Positions 1 through 10,350 of a stretch of DNA of 64,000 bases are shown here, piece after piece; within the stretch, counting starts at the first letter, position 1, and each line of letters begins with the position of its first letter. The translations under genes were made by a program, and so were the position numbers. The DNA comes from Thermoplasmatota archaeon (lineage in GTDB: Archaea > Thermoplasmatota > Penumbrarchaeia > Penumbrarchaeales > Penumbrarchaeaceae), in contig JALOTP010000004.1 of the NCBI GenBank assembly GCA_025457865.1, positions 7,684-71,683 on the forward strand. The letters are read 5' to 3'. The notes under the pieces are model-generated. The model was not told the origin of the DNA, made no database searches, and saw nothing but the letters and a program-made list of their open reading frames with translations.

Positions 1-2012
1 TTGGCCGGTTTCATGACCCAGTGCCCTTCATCCGGGAAGTACAGGAGCCGAGACGGCACCTTCATGACCTGCAGGGCGGTGAACAGGGAGATCCCCTCCG
101 ACACCGGGCACCTGAAATCGAGCTCCCCCTGGACAACAAGCATGGGTGTCTTGAAGTTCTGGACGAACATGTGGGGGGAATATTTTAGGAAGCTCTCGTG
201 CCCCTCATGGGGCATCCCCTTGTGCTCCCATATATCGAACCAGAGCTCTTCCGTCATGTATGACATCGTCTCCTGGTTGAATATCCCGTCATGGGATACC
301 AGTGCTCTGAACCTGTCGGTATGTCCCTGCATCCAGTTGACCATGAACCCCCCGAAGGAAGCTCCTGCGGCGGCCATGTGCCGCTCATCTATGAAGGGAT
401 ACCTTTCAAGGACATGGTCCACCCCTTTCATGATGTCCTCATAGCACCTCCCCCCCCAGTCCCCGCTTATCTGGTCGGTGAACTCTTGGCCGTAGCCCGT
501 CGAGCCCCTTGGGTTCAACTGAACGACCACCCAGCCCCTTGCGGCGAAGAGCTGTGGGTTCCACCTGTAGTGGAAATTGTTGGAGAAAGCCGATTGGGGG
601 CCGCCGTGTATGAGGAGGACCATTGGGTATCTTTTCCCCTCTTTGAAGAAGGGAGGTTTGAAGATGAACCCGTGGACCGGGTCATCATCGGCCCCTTTGT
701 ACCAGAACTCCTCGGGTTCGCTCAGAACGACGCTATCCTTCAATATGTCGCCGAAGGAGGTGAGCTTCTTTGCCCTATCGTCTGTCCTCTTCCTGGTTGC
801 TGACCTTTCGAGCATGGGCTCCACCCCTTTTCCGGGTGACAGCAGGAAAAGGTCAATGGGTCTGGTCGCCGATTCCCTCCCGACAATGAGCTTACCTCCA
901 GGGACCGCCCTCAATAAGGAATTGTACTGGAAGCTCGTATGCTGTCTCACATCGCCTTCAAGGTCAACGCTGTAGAGTGAATTGTACCCCGTGTCGGCTG
1001 ACAGGAAGTAGAGCCTGTCGCTTTGCTCGGACCAAACGGGTTCAGCTGGAGATCTGTCAAAACCTTCTGTCAGTGTACTTACCTTACCTGACCTTCGGTC
1101 CAGAAGCTTGACCCTTAACCTGTCCGCTTCATACCCCTCCTTCTCTGCACCCAGGAACATCAGGCACTTTCCGTCGGGACTGTACCTCGGCTCAAGCTCC
1201 ATGGCCTTGCTCTTCGTGACCTGTTTCGGTCTTCCATCCGCTTGTATGCCCTTTAGCCTTTGGATGAAAACAGAATTGTTGGTGGATACGGCCACGACGG
1301 GGTCCGGGTTCATCACATATGCTATCTCGTTCCCCTCAGGGGAGAATACGAAGTCCTGAGTTCCCCCGAGCGATATGGGGGGAACATCAGCGTCGGCAGG
1401 AATGATATCGTTCATATCCCCTGTCCCGATATCCAGAACAAAAAGATGGGACCTCTTCATGTCCCTCCAGTTGTCCCAGTGCCTGAAAAGGAGGTCCTCC
1501 TCTATCCTTGCCGAAGAGCGCTCGTTCACAAGGCCGTAGGTCCTTGCGAGCTTGGTCCTCTCTTTTTCCTTATCGTCCCCAGTGATGCCTTCGCTGGAAC
1601 CGTCCCAGTGGTCGGAGACCACCACATTCCTGGAGAATGCCAACCTGCTCGAATCTGCGGCCCAGACCGGATTTGAGATCCCACCATCACCAGAGGTGAC
1701 CTTCCTGGCCTCCCCCCCGTTCTCGAAGGGGAGGAGCCACAACTGCTGGCCATCCTCCCTGTCGGAAACGAAAGAGAGCATCTTACCATCAGGGCTCCAT
1801 ACCGGCGATGTATCCTTGTGCTCCCCGGGGGTCAGGTCTCTGACCTCGAGCGTCCCCATGTCAAGTAGCTTGACGGTCGAACGGACCTTGTTACCCTTGT
1901 GGTCGTGCTTGGATACGACGAAGGCAACATACTTCCCGGAGGGATGGACAGATGGTGTTGAGACCCTTTCGATGGTCATCAGGTCGTCGAATGTGAAGGG
2001 GCGCTTGGGCAT
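1..2012 (-). CDS. S9-family serine peptidase (acylaminoacyl-peptidase / prolyl oligopeptidase type) with an N-terminal beta-propeller and a C-terminal alpha/beta hydrolase domain. The C-terminus is cut by the window edge.
   Basis: This gene is absent from the supplied ORF track because it has no stop inside the window. My translation of the minus strand from ATG 2012..2010 stays open to base 1: MPKRPFTFDDLMTIERVSTPSVHPSGKYVAF... ending ...LLYFPDEGHWVMKPA. The catalytic residues appear in S9 order: Ser (GASFGGF), Asp (QGELDFRCP), His (PDEGHW). The six mutually overlapping + strand ORFs at 1..2094 are antisense shadows. Confidence 0.85.
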   Translation of the reverse strand, partial: MPKRPFTFDDLMTIERVSTPSVHPSGKYVAFVVSKHDHKGNKVRSTVKLLDMGTLEVRDLTPGEHKDTSPVWSPDGKMLSFVSDREDGQQLWLLPFENGGEARKVTSGDGGISNPVWAADSSRLAFSRNVVVSDHWDGSSEGITGDDKEKERTKLARTYGLVNERSSARIEEDLLFRHWDNWRDMKRSHLFVLDIGTGDMNDIIPADADVPPISLGGTQDFVFSPEGNEIAYVMNPDPVVAVSTNNSVFIQRLKGIQADGRPKQVTKSKAMELEPRYSPDGKCLMFLGAEKEGYEADRLRVKLLDRRSGKVSTLTEGFDRSPAEPVWSEQSDRLYFLSADTGYNSLYSVDLEGDVRQHTSFQYNSLLRAVPGGKLIVGRESATRPIDLFLLSPGKGVEPMLERSATRKRTDDRAKKLTSFGDILKDSVVLSEPEEFWYKGADDDPVHGFIFKPPFFKEGKRYPMVLLIHGGPQSAFSNNFHYRWNPQLFAARGWVVVQLNPRGSTGYGQEFTDQISGDWGGRCYEDIMKGVDHVLERYPFIDERHMAAAGASFGGFMVNWMQGHTDRFRALVSHDGIFNQETMSYMTEELWFDIWEHKGMPHEGHESFLKYSPHMFVQNFKTPMLVVQGELDFRCPVSEGISLFTALQVMKVPSRLLYFPDEGHWVMKPA

Positions 2013-2180
2013 GGGCCATGGTAGGATGGATAGGTTTAAAACCCTTTGGCATAGGTTTGATGTAAATGGTTGGAACGTTGTCCTTCCATGGTAAGATGAT
2101 ATGGGTCCTGTTGTCGGACCATGGCAAGGACAGGGACCCTTTCAAAGGATGCTGTCGCTCATAGGTTCAGCTCTATTTTA

Positions 2181-2193
2181 GTTCAAGTTGAAC
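2181..2193. promoter_or_regulatory. Palindrome GTTCAA-G-TTGAAC, 23 nt upstream of the ATPase start codon. Candidate operator.
   Basis: Perfect 6-bp arms read directly from the sequence. The same half-site, GTTCAA(A)/(T)TTGAAC, recurs at 41620..41637 with different spacing. Confidence 0.2.
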
Positions 2194-2215
2194 GGAGAAA
2201 GGATTAATAACAATA

Positions 2216-3445
2216 ATGACCATTATACTAACTATGATTATTGAGCGTCCCGAACTGACCCGCAGGATCTCCTCCGGAAAATGGGTGATGGTCTACGGGA
2301 GGCGAAAGACAGGAAAGAGCTTCCTGGTCAGGAACTTCGAAAGGTACGACGAGTATTACTTCGTCAAGAGGGACAGGACAGTGATAACGACGGATGGATG
2401 GACCGAGGTCGGTCAAGACGTCCTCATCGACAGGCTCGGACGCGGTCTTAGAGACGGGAAGACCTATTGTATAGACGAGTTCCACAGATTGGGCGATGCT
2501 TTCCTGGACACGCTCCATTCAATGGAGGTCTCGGGAAGGCTGATACTCATCTCCTCAACCCAGCACCTCTCAAGGAGCCTGGTATCCAGGTCATCACCGC
2601 TGCTTGGAAAGGTGAAGGAAGTGAGGGTCCCGCCGATCGATTACACTGACCTGCTCGCCTCGACGGGTTGGACCGGAAAGGAAAGGTACGAGATGCTTGC
2701 GTTCATGAAAGAACCCTTAGTCATCGCGCAAGGCTATTCGGACCCTGTCGAGGTCCTCCTTGGGACCTTGCTTACGGTGCCTGCCCTCATAGGTGAGATA
2801 TTCACCGAAGAGGATAGGATGCTCTCATCGACCTATGAGGCCATACTCAGGTCATGTGCTGTCGGGAGGTCCACCTCAGGAGAGGTATCTTCGTACCTTT
2901 TCGCGCGAAAGATGATAATGAGGGACGATCCGTCGCTGGTGCAGCAGTATCTGAGGAACCTGACGGACATAGGGGTCCTGAGGAGATATGACGTCTGGGG
3001 AAAGAAACGGAACGTATTCAAGCACGCATCCCCCCTCATGGGCGCGTTCTATGCACTGGACGAGAGGTACGGCATCTCGGACAGGGAGCTGACAAGGAAA
3101 GAGGCGAGGCCGCTACTAGACGAGGTCATTCCGCGGACCATGGAGGATGTCCTGAGGGATTGCATCGCTGACAGGTTGGGTTCGGTCCCTTACCTGGACC
3201 TTTCAGCGGAAGGGGAGGTCGATGGTATCCTTATCCGGTTCAACAGACCTGTCGCATTAGTGGAAGTGAAGTGGAAGAAGAGACTGGATAAAAAGGATGT
3301 CTCGGAGATAGAACGGAAGTTCACATACAAGGAAGAAGAGTTCAAGAAGGTCAGGAAGGTCCTCATGGTCCCGGACAGGGATATGGTTGAACTCGAGGGT
3401 ATAGAGGTGATGGAACCGATGGACATCCTTAAAATGATAGATTGA
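2216..3445 (+). CDS. ATP-binding protein of the archaeal ATPase/DUF234 family
   Basis: Walker A motif in VMVYGRRKTGKSFLVRNF. The C-terminal segment is nuclease-like and DUF234-type (GEVDGILIRFNRPVALVEVKWKK). Both flanks are AT-rich. Confidence 0.7.
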   Translation: MTIILTMIIERPELTRRISSGKWVMVYGRRKTGKSFLVRNFERYDEYYFVKRDRTVITTDGWTEVGQDVLIDRLGRGLRDGKTYCIDEFHRLGDAFLDTLHSMEVSGRLILISSTQHLSRSLVSRSSPLLGKVKEVRVPPIDYTDLLASTGWTGKERYEMLAFMKEPLVIAQGYSDPVEVLLGTLLTVPALIGEIFTEEDRMLSSTYEAILRSCAVGRSTSGEVSSYLFARKMIMRDDPSLVQQYLRNLTDIGVLRRYDVWGKKRNVFKHASPLMGAFYALDERYGISDRELTRKEARPLLDEVIPRTMEDVLRDCIADRLGSVPYLDLSAEGEVDGILIRFNRPVALVEVKWKKRLDKKDVSEIERKFTYKEEEFKKVRKVLMVPDRDMVELEGIEVMEPMDILKMID

Positions 3446-3676
3446 ACCGTAGGATATCTGAAAAAAGAAAAAATTATACGGGATACATGAGTGGATCTCC
3501 TGACCGAAGCCTGATAATAAGCAATGGTCGATAAAAGGACCCCAAGCCAAGCAGACCTATTCGGAGGGGTTCCCACGAAAAGTGCGGACCGATGACCAGA
3601 ACCATTATGGTTCCAGCAAAAAAGAGATAAGGAACAAGGAATTGGCACAATAGCCAATAAGGAGCGTAAAGGGACG

Positions 3677-5167
3677 ATGCATCTTCCGAAGCCCAAATGC
3701 GAAATAAGGGAGGACGGACCCACCCTCGAGCGGTACTCCACGGACATGAGCAGGTATCATGTCAAACCGATGATGATCGTGACGCCGAGGACGGAACAGG
3801 ATATCCTGGAGATTATCGAATATGCAAGATCCATAGGTGCTCCCATAACAGCAAGAGCTGCCGGTTCCAATCTCTCCGGGAACGCGATTGGCCGGGGCAT
3901 CATAGTCCTCTTCAACGGTATGGACAGGCTTCTCTCGGAGAACGACAGCAGGGTCTGGGTCGAACCCGGCCTGGTCTATGACAGGCTCAACGAGATTATG
4001 AAGGACAAGGGTTTCTTCCTGCCTTATCATGTATCCTCGAGCAAGTACTGCTCTGTAGGCGGGAACGTCGCAACTAGGGCGAGCGGCCTTCGGAGCATCA
4101 AGTACGGGACCGTTGATACATCGGTCAGGAACATAAGGTTCGCAAGTCCGGTCTTCGGCATGGTCGATACCTCCAAGGGGCTGCCGGAAGCGCTTGCAAA
4201 AGGAATAATAGGGATAAAAGAAAGGCTCCTCTCGGACAAGGATGCCATGGAGGTGCTCCGGAGCAAGGAACACCTCAAGACCTCTATGGGATACAACCTG
4301 TGGTCCTTCAACAAGTATGACGACCCTGCGGAGATAGTTGCCCATCTGATGGTGGGTTCAGTTGGTACCTTGGGCCTGATGACAGGAATAGAGCTTGAGC
4401 TAAGGCCCATACCTGCAAAGAGGGTCATGCTCGTGGCCTTCTTCGACTCGCTCCCAACTGCCTCAAGGGTCGTTGCCTCCATCTCATTGCTCCATCCGTC
4501 GTTACTGGAAGTGATGGACGCTTTCGGGACGGATATGCTCAGGTCATCCTCGGCCGTACCCGTACCTGATGATGCATCAGCGACCCTCATGATAGAGTTC
4601 GACTCGGACTGGAAGGAAGGAGAGGCGGGGGCGCTCAAGGTACTTGGGGACCATGCTCTATCGTCCCGTGTCCTTCAGGACCCGAAGGAGCAGGAGACGA
4701 TATGGGGGCTCCGCTGGAAGATGCTCCTTGAGATAAAGAGGCGGAACGAGACAGCCGAAAAGAGATACCTTTCATTCGTTGACGATCTGGGGGTCCCCGT
4801 CGAGAACATCCACCCGTTCGTCATAGAGCTCGAGTCCATCTTCATAGAGGAGGGCGTACCGGTCATAATCTACGGCCACATAGGGGAGGGGAACCTTCAC
4901 GTTCGTCCGCTTATCGGTAAGGAACACTGGAAGGAGGACCTGCACCGCATCGGTGATAGATGCTTCAAGGCCGTTTTCAGGTACAACGGGACCGTGGCAG
5001 CGGAGCACGGGGCCGGGAGGAACAGGGCCGCTCTGATGAAGGAAGAATGGGGAGAGGCGGTCTACGGCCACTTCCTCGCCGTAAAGATGCTGTTCGATCC
5101 GGAGAACATCCTTAATCCCGACGTCATCTTCTCTGATGCCGATATCACGGAAGGACTTGATTTTTAA
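3677..5167 (+). CDS. FAD-linked oxidase / GlcD-like (D-lactate/glycolate-type) dehydrogenase
   Basis: N-terminal FAD-binding PCMH-type segment (IVTPRTEQDILEIIEYARSIGAPITARAAGSNLSGNAIG). C-terminal FAD-oxidase signature (GTVAAEHGAGRNRA ... FDPENILNP). Confidence 0.8.
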   Translation: MHLPKPKCEIREDGPTLERYSTDMSRYHVKPMMIVTPRTEQDILEIIEYARSIGAPITARAAGSNLSGNAIGRGIIVLFNGMDRLLSENDSRVWVEPGLVYDRLNEIMKDKGFFLPYHVSSSKYCSVGGNVATRASGLRSIKYGTVDTSVRNIRFASPVFGMVDTSKGLPEALAKGIIGIKERLLSDKDAMEVLRSKEHLKTSMGYNLWSFNKYDDPAEIVAHLMVGSVGTLGLMTGIELELRPIPAKRVMLVAFFDSLPTASRVVASISLLHPSLLEVMDAFGTDMLRSSSAVPVPDDASATLMIEFDSDWKEGEAGALKVLGDHALSSRVLQDPKEQETIWGLRWKMLLEIKRRNETAEKRYLSFVDDLGVPVENIHPFVIELESIFIEEGVPVIIYGHIGEGNLHVRPLIGKEHWKEDLHRIGDRCFKAVFRYNGTVAAEHGAGRNRAALMKEEWGEAVYGHFLAVKMLFDPENILNPDVIFSDADITEGLDF

Positions 5168-5253
5168 AGGGACCGATTTGGCAGTTACGAACAGGGCTTC
5201 GATTCGGGAATGCTCCGCAATAGTTATATCATAGACCCGGCCGTAAGCATACT

Positions 5254-8200
5254 ATGGGTGCTGCAAGGAGGGGCAGAGACCATATCCGTTGCCTAAGTAG
5301 GTTCATCGTTCTGACCATATTGGCCCTCCTCCTTCCTTCATCGATCGGTATTCTATCCCAAGGGGTCCCATCGTCATCACCATCCAAGGCAGATGTCCCT
5401 GCTGAGGCAGTTCAAGCCTTCTCGGGGATACATAAGGCCTCCGATTTTGCCTCCACCATAATCTACGGAGAGGACCTACCTGTCAGGGGGAGGCTGGGAC
5501 ACTACTCCTGGACAGGGGATGTTAACGGGGACGGCCTAAACGACCTAATAGTGGCCGCTCCGGGTGCACCTGGTGTCGGGGGATTCGAGGATGAAGGCAG
5601 GATATATGTCTTCTACGGCAACAGTGAAGGGCTACCTCAGGTCCTGGACCTGGATAAGGTCGAACCTGATATCCTGATAATCTCCAATAATACATGGTTC
5701 GTAAAGAGAGCCGTCGGAGCGAACCCCCTACCTTATCCCGTCCTTGCCTACCTTACCAATGAGTTCGATACGGGTGATTACGACGGCGATGGGTACAGGG
5801 ACATGGCGTTCTCCATCCCCGCGACAGATACCCCTACTTGGGGCGTCATCATCTATGGAAGAGAGGGAGGTTACCCGGGAAAGCTCGTGGTCCACCTTCA
5901 GAAGGCCAAGGTCTTCTCCGTTACACCCGGGGATATGCGGTACCTCTGGATATACAACAGATCGCTCGCCCCCGGGCAGGATAATATTGTCCTCCCCAGC
6001 TATATGGAGTCATCCGACCTCGACGGTGATGGAGCGGACGAACTGATATCCGGCGGTCGCTACGGGGTAAACATCCTTTGGGGAAGGTCGACCGAGTGGA
6101 CCACGATAAACGGGACCACCCCCAATGACCATTTCGGTTACGCACTCGACATTGGAGATATGGACGGGGACGGTCTCGATGACCTGCTGATCGGGGCCCC
6201 CCTTTCTGATGATCCGATGACCGGCAGGACCGATTGCGGTGCCGCTTACCTGATCTTCAACGCTTCGAGGATCAAGGGCAGTTCGACCTTGCTCATAGAT
6301 GAAATTGCTCGACCGGTCGTCTTCGGTGGGTCCGACCAGGACCACCTCGGCAGGACCGTGATGTTGACCGAAGTTGACGGGGACGGGTCTAAGGACATGA
6401 TGATCGCAGCCCCAGAAGCCGATGGCGGTCCGGGGGTCCAGGACTGCGGCAGGCTGTATACTTACAGGGGTGGGGAGGAGAACACGTTCCCCACGAGGAT
6501 GGTGGCGGACGAGACCGCTCACTGGACGGTCATAGGGAATTCAGGCAAGGTCAGCGGGACAACCGAATACCCCGGTGACAGATTGGGGGCAGTATTGGAT
6601 GCGGGTGATGTGGATGGAGACGGAAGCAGTGAGATCGTTCTGGGATTTTATTCTAGGACATCGGTCCTTTCCGAACCCAGTGTTGTGGACTCTGTCGGGA
6701 TGATAATGGTCTTCGAAGCCTCGGACCTATTTCCGACCGGGGGCGCCATCCAACGACTGGAGAGAACGGGTGGTTCCCTGGTGATAGAAGGGGACGAGAT
6801 GCGGGACACGCTCGGATGGCAGGTATTCGTGGGTGATGTCACAAACGACGGCGTCGATGACATCCTAGTTGGCGCTCCAGGGGCCGATGGGCCCGATAAC
6901 GACAGGATATCCGACGGCGAGGCGTACATCATCCAGGGGTGCAGCACCTTCATAGGCGATATCATGGGGTCCGGTGGTGGGTACAGCGCCCCCTATCTTC
7001 TGGCGGGGGGCATGGAGGTCCTGATCGAAGTGGGTTTCAGCCTGAGCGGAGCTGGGCGCAGCGCTACGGAATGTTCATTGCACCTGACCTCCGGAGCGCT
7101 CTCCTCCACGCTCCTGGTAGGACCCGGAGGTCTGATCTCAGTGGAAGGTCCTTCCGGTCTCGATCCCATAGCGGGCTCTTGCGGCCTTCAGCAGAAGGAC
7201 GGGACGGGCCAGGCCCGTTTCGCATTCTCCATGGACTGGAACTGCATGAGGGAAGGACCCATAGACCTGGTCATGGTCCTCAAGGACGGGTCCGGAGTCA
7301 TGTTCTACAGGGAGTATCCCATGGTATTGTCCATAACAAAGGATGTCATACTTGCGAACGAGCTCGAAGTAACGAGAGGAACAAGCCCTCTATCAGGCAT
7401 AGGTGAATGGGTATTGCCCGGTGACGAGCTCCATATGACTGGGTTGAAAGGGGTATATTCAAAGGCCACCAAGGTAGAGATTCCGGCCGGATCGTTAGAT
7501 CTGGTCCTGAAGGTGGGGTCCGATACCATAGGCAGAAAGGGATACACAACGGATTGGTCCCATACAATCGTCGTTCCCCAGAAACAGGGCTGGGACCTTT
7601 CCATCGGGCTCGAATACCCTATGGGAGCCGGCAGCAAACCCGTCGACATGGACATATCCGGGTCAAGGACGTTTCGTATCAACATAGACACAGCCCCGCC
7701 TTTTCCACCCGAAGGGGTCCGCGCCGTCTCCAGGACGACCGGTCTGCCTGAGTTCGACCGTACGGGTCTTTTCGACCTGTTCTGGAACGGTTCCGTGGGA
7801 CCAGAACTGGACCCGGCTGGGTCGGGAGTGAGGGAGTTCCAGGTCCAGGCTGAGGGCAAATGGCTCCCAGCGATCGCAGGGGGAGGCCTCATAGGGACCT
7901 ATTACAGGGGAAGGTCTTACCAGGAGGCTGCCTTCCAGAGGAAGGATGCATCTCTCAATTTCAGTTTGAAGGATTGGGGCCCATTCGGACCGGACCCCTC
8001 CTTGCTCAGGTACGATGATTTCTCCGTCAGATGGCACGGCTACCTTGTTCCAACGATAAACGGCAGCTACCTGGTCTCTATACGGGGCTCCGGTTCTGTA
8101 ATTATCAAGCTCGACGGTAGGGTCTTCCTTGGAAGGACCAGCATCCTGGAGGATGTCCAATTGACCCTCCCAGATATGAGGAAGGGGTCCATCCACTCCA

Positions 8201-9603
8201 TGGAGGTCTACTTCTCGAACGAACTGGTTTCTTCCTATCTCTCACTGGATATCTGGGACCCGACCTACAAGAGGCTTTCACATGATGAGATGCCTTTTTC
8301 CTACCCCTCCAATTCGACATCGGCGGTGCTGGGACAGGATGAGGGCCTTGGCATCGCTGTCCGTTCCATCGATTGGACCGGCAGGATCTCAAGTACTTCG
8401 ACGGCAAGAGCGTTCAAGGATACCCGGCCGCCGGTCATAGTCCCGGAATGGGGAAATGCATGGTTCAACTCGACCAGACCCCTGCTCCATGCAAGAGTGG
8501 TGGATACCGGAGGGGAGAACGTTTCAGGGATAGATATCGCATCCATTGCCTACTCTTTCGAGAGGGAGGGGACGACAAAACCCGTATGGCAGAACGAGGA
8601 CATGGGACACATCATAATAGAGCAGAGCAGGTCGGCCCCGTTGGATGTCGCCATTTCGTTGAGCCCCTATCTTGACGGAAGTTGGAGAGGGACCCTTAGG
8701 TTCACCGCCGTTGATATGTCCGGCAACAGGGCGATTTCGGACCCGATATGGATGGGGATGGACACGGAGCCTCCCGAGATATCCCTTCTCTCCCCGGTCG
8801 AGGGGGCCGTGCTTTACGGGGGGGTCCAGGACCTGACGGTATCCTTCTATGACGGTATTGGGTCCGGACCTGACATAGGATCGCTCCAGCTCAGGTCCAC
8901 ATCGGAGGACGGTAGCTGGTCCGAATGGATGTTATTTGAGGTGAATGCCACCTCTCGGCTAGATGTACTGACGGGAAAGGCGTCCCTAAGGCTCGGACGG
9001 TCAGAGGTCCAGTTCAGGGGATGGGACCTTGCCGGGAACCCGACTGTCTCGAGGACCTATGTCCTGGACATAATGGAGCCACCGGTGAACCTCCCCCCTA
9101 TCCCCAGGATAGCGCATCCCACCAACGGGACCCACTTCTACAAAGGCCAGCTCATCGAGCTCTCGGCAACAGGGACCTGGGACGACGGTCTGGGGCCAAA
9201 TGAGACGTTGGCATTGACATGGTTCTCTTCAAAGGATGGCCACCTTGGCTCTGGCCCCTTGATCAAGGCCCAGCTCTCACTTGGTGTCCACAACATCACA
9301 CTGTTCGCGGACGATGGTGCTCTGGGGCACAATAAGAGCACGAAAGTGACCATAGAGATGATAGACCATGATGGGACCGCATCGGACGATGACCGCCCAC
9401 CGGGAAGCGATGTGGTCGATCCCCTCTCGATATTCGCTGTGCTTGCTCTCCTTGGGGTGGTCCTGGTCCTTCTGGTCTTCGTCATAATAGAGAGGAAGAG
9501 AGCTCCAGAAGGTAGTGGGACCAAAGACATCTATACAGAAGGTCAGAAGGTGGACGGTCTGGATGAAGGACTGACAGAAGGACCGGACACGAGAGAGGAA
9601 TAA
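5254..9603 (+). CDS. Giant secreted surface protein (1449 aa) with a C-terminal membrane anchor: FG-GAP/integrin-alpha-like repeats, a PA14 domain and a PKD-like domain
   Basis: - Signal peptide: RFIVLTILALLLPSSIGIL.
- Repeated FG-GAP Ca-loops: GDVNGDGLNDLIVAAPGA, GDMDGDGLDDLLIGAPL, GDVDGDGSSEIVLG, GDVTNDGVDDILVGAPGADG.
- PA14-like block: GLIGTYYRGRSYQEAAFQRKDASLNF...FSVRWHGYLVPTINGSYLVSIRGSGSVIIKLDG.
- PKD-like block near the C-terminus.
- Single TM helix (IFAVLALLGVVLVLLVFVII), then a short tail ending ...DTREE. Confidence 0.8.
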   Translation: MGAARRGRDHIRCLSRFIVLTILALLLPSSIGILSQGVPSSSPSKADVPAEAVQAFSGIHKASDFASTIIYGEDLPVRGRLGHYSWTGDVNGDGLNDLIVAAPGAPGVGGFEDEGRIYVFYGNSEGLPQVLDLDKVEPDILIISNNTWFVKRAVGANPLPYPVLAYLTNEFDTGDYDGDGYRDMAFSIPATDTPTWGVIIYGREGGYPGKLVVHLQKAKVFSVTPGDMRYLWIYNRSLAPGQDNIVLPSYMESSDLDGDGADELISGGRYGVNILWGRSTEWTTINGTTPNDHFGYALDIGDMDGDGLDDLLIGAPLSDDPMTGRTDCGAAYLIFNASRIKGSSTLLIDEIARPVVFGGSDQDHLGRTVMLTEVDGDGSKDMMIAAPEADGGPGVQDCGRLYTYRGGEENTFPTRMVADETAHWTVIGNSGKVSGTTEYPGDRLGAVLDAGDVDGDGSSEIVLGFYSRTSVLSEPSVVDSVGMIMVFEASDLFPTGGAIQRLERTGGSLVIEGDEMRDTLGWQVFVGDVTNDGVDDILVGAPGADGPDNDRISDGEAYIIQGCSTFIGDIMGSGGGYSAPYLLAGGMEVLIEVGFSLSGAGRSATECSLHLTSGALSSTLLVGPGGLISVEGPSGLDPIAGSCGLQQKDGTGQARFAFSMDWNCMREGPIDLVMVLKDGSGVMFYREYPMVLSITKDVILANELEVTRGTSPLSGIGEWVLPGDELHMTGLKGVYSKATKVEIPAGSLDLVLKVGSDTIGRKGYTTDWSHTIVVPQKQGWDLSIGLEYPMGAGSKPVDMDISGSRTFRINIDTAPPFPPEGVRAVSRTTGLPEFDRTGLFDLFWNGSVGPELDPAGSGVREFQVQAEGKWLPAIAGGGLIGTYYRGRSYQEAAFQRKDASLNFSLKDWGPFGPDPSLLRYDDFSVRWHGYLVPTINGSYLVSIRGSGSVIIKLDGRVFLGRTSILEDVQLTLPDMRKGSIHSMEVYFSNELVSSYLSLDIWDPTYKRLSHDEMPFSYPSNSTSAVLGQDEGLGIAVRSIDWTGRISSTSTARAFKDTRPPVIVPEWGNAWFNSTRPLLHARVVDTGGENVSGIDIASIAYSFEREGTTKPVWQNEDMGHIIIEQSRSAPLDVAISLSPYLDGSWRGTLRFTAVDMSGNRAISDPIWMGMDTEPPEISLLSPVEGAVLYGGVQDLTVSFYDGIGSGPDIGSLQLRSTSEDGSWSEWMLFEVNATSRLDVLTGKASLRLGRSEVQFRGWDLAGNPTVSRTYVLDIMEPPVNLPPIPRIAHPTNGTHFYKGQLIELSATGTWDDGLGPNETLALTWFSSKDGHLGSGPLIKAQLSLGVHNITLFADDGALGHNKSTKVTIEMIDHDGTASDDDRPPGSDVVDPLSIFAVLALLGVVLVLLVFVIIERKRAPEGSGTKDIYTEGQKVDGLDEGLTEGPDTREE

Positions 9604-9645
9604 GGGGGGCATGGAGCGGTCAATAACCGCCCTCCATGGCACATA

Positions 9646-10113
9646 TCACCTCAATCTGTGCATCCTGACGGAACCTGAGGAAACGGTGCTCCAGTCCACC
9701 ATGAAATCGATGTCGTAAAGACCCCGAATGTCATCGAGGATGGATATCATAGTGCGCTTTAGGTCGATTGGGTCCCCATGCCCTATGCCTGGGCACATGG
9801 AGTGGACCTTGAGGACGGTCTCATCGCCAAATTTCATGAGCGTGAACGGGTGACCTCTGCATGCGATCGGGCGGGAAGAGTAGATGGTGCATTTCCTCTC
9901 CGACCTGTCGAAGTACCGGCAGTGGTTGTCAACTAGAGGACCCACCACCGGCACCACACAGTCATCGAGCCACTTGGTGGTGAAATTGTTGCCGCAGCAT
10001 TTGCCGCACCGGATGCACTCCCAACGCATCCGCTCTGTAACAGGGATGTAGTCCGTTTCGGATATGTCGTCCATTACCGGAGGGACCAAGGGTAGATAGG
10101 AACTATCGTTCAT
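9646..10113 (-). CDS. YkgJ-family Cys-cluster (zinc/iron-chelating) protein
   Basis: CxxCxxCC signature (CIRCGKCCGNNF) plus further conserved Cys/His residues (CRYF, CTIY, CRGHP, CPGIGHG). Confidence 0.6.
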   Translation of the reverse strand: MNDSSYLPLVPPVMDDISETDYIPVTERMRWECIRCGKCCGNNFTTKWLDDCVVPVVGPLVDNHCRYFDRSERKCTIYSSRPIACRGHPFTLMKFGDETVLKVHSMCPGIGHGDPIDLKRTMISILDDIRGLYDIDFMVDWSTVSSGSVRMHRLR

Positions 10114-10350
10114 TTACATGACTTCCTTACCAAAGCATTACCAAGGTCGGCGCAGTCTGGACCATATATATTTACTTTCTCTGAAAGAAGATTTTTTTTA
10201 ACCTATGGTCCATCGTTCCATTGTTCCAATCTGTCTCAACCAGTGGTCATACATGGTAGGTATTCTTGTTCAAAGTACCTTGTGGTGTAATAGAATAACT
10301 AATAAAATTTTTATACTAATCACATGTTGGATATAAAATGGGGTTTTTTC

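Noticed and set aside
1-2094. Six mutually overlapping + strand ORFs (147-180 aa each) listed in the track.
   Set aside because: They switch frame repeatedly and have low-complexity, motif-free translations. The minus strand carries one uninterrupted 670-codon ORF with a complete S9 peptidase catalytic triad, so the + ORFs are antisense shadows.
9610-9638. A hairpin (CATGGAG..CGG / CCG..CTCCATG) between the convergent genes at 9603 and 9646, considered as a bidirectional terminator.
   Set aside because: The stem is imperfect and has no flanking oligo-T tract. Archaeal termination does not require hairpins, so it is too weak to call as a feature.
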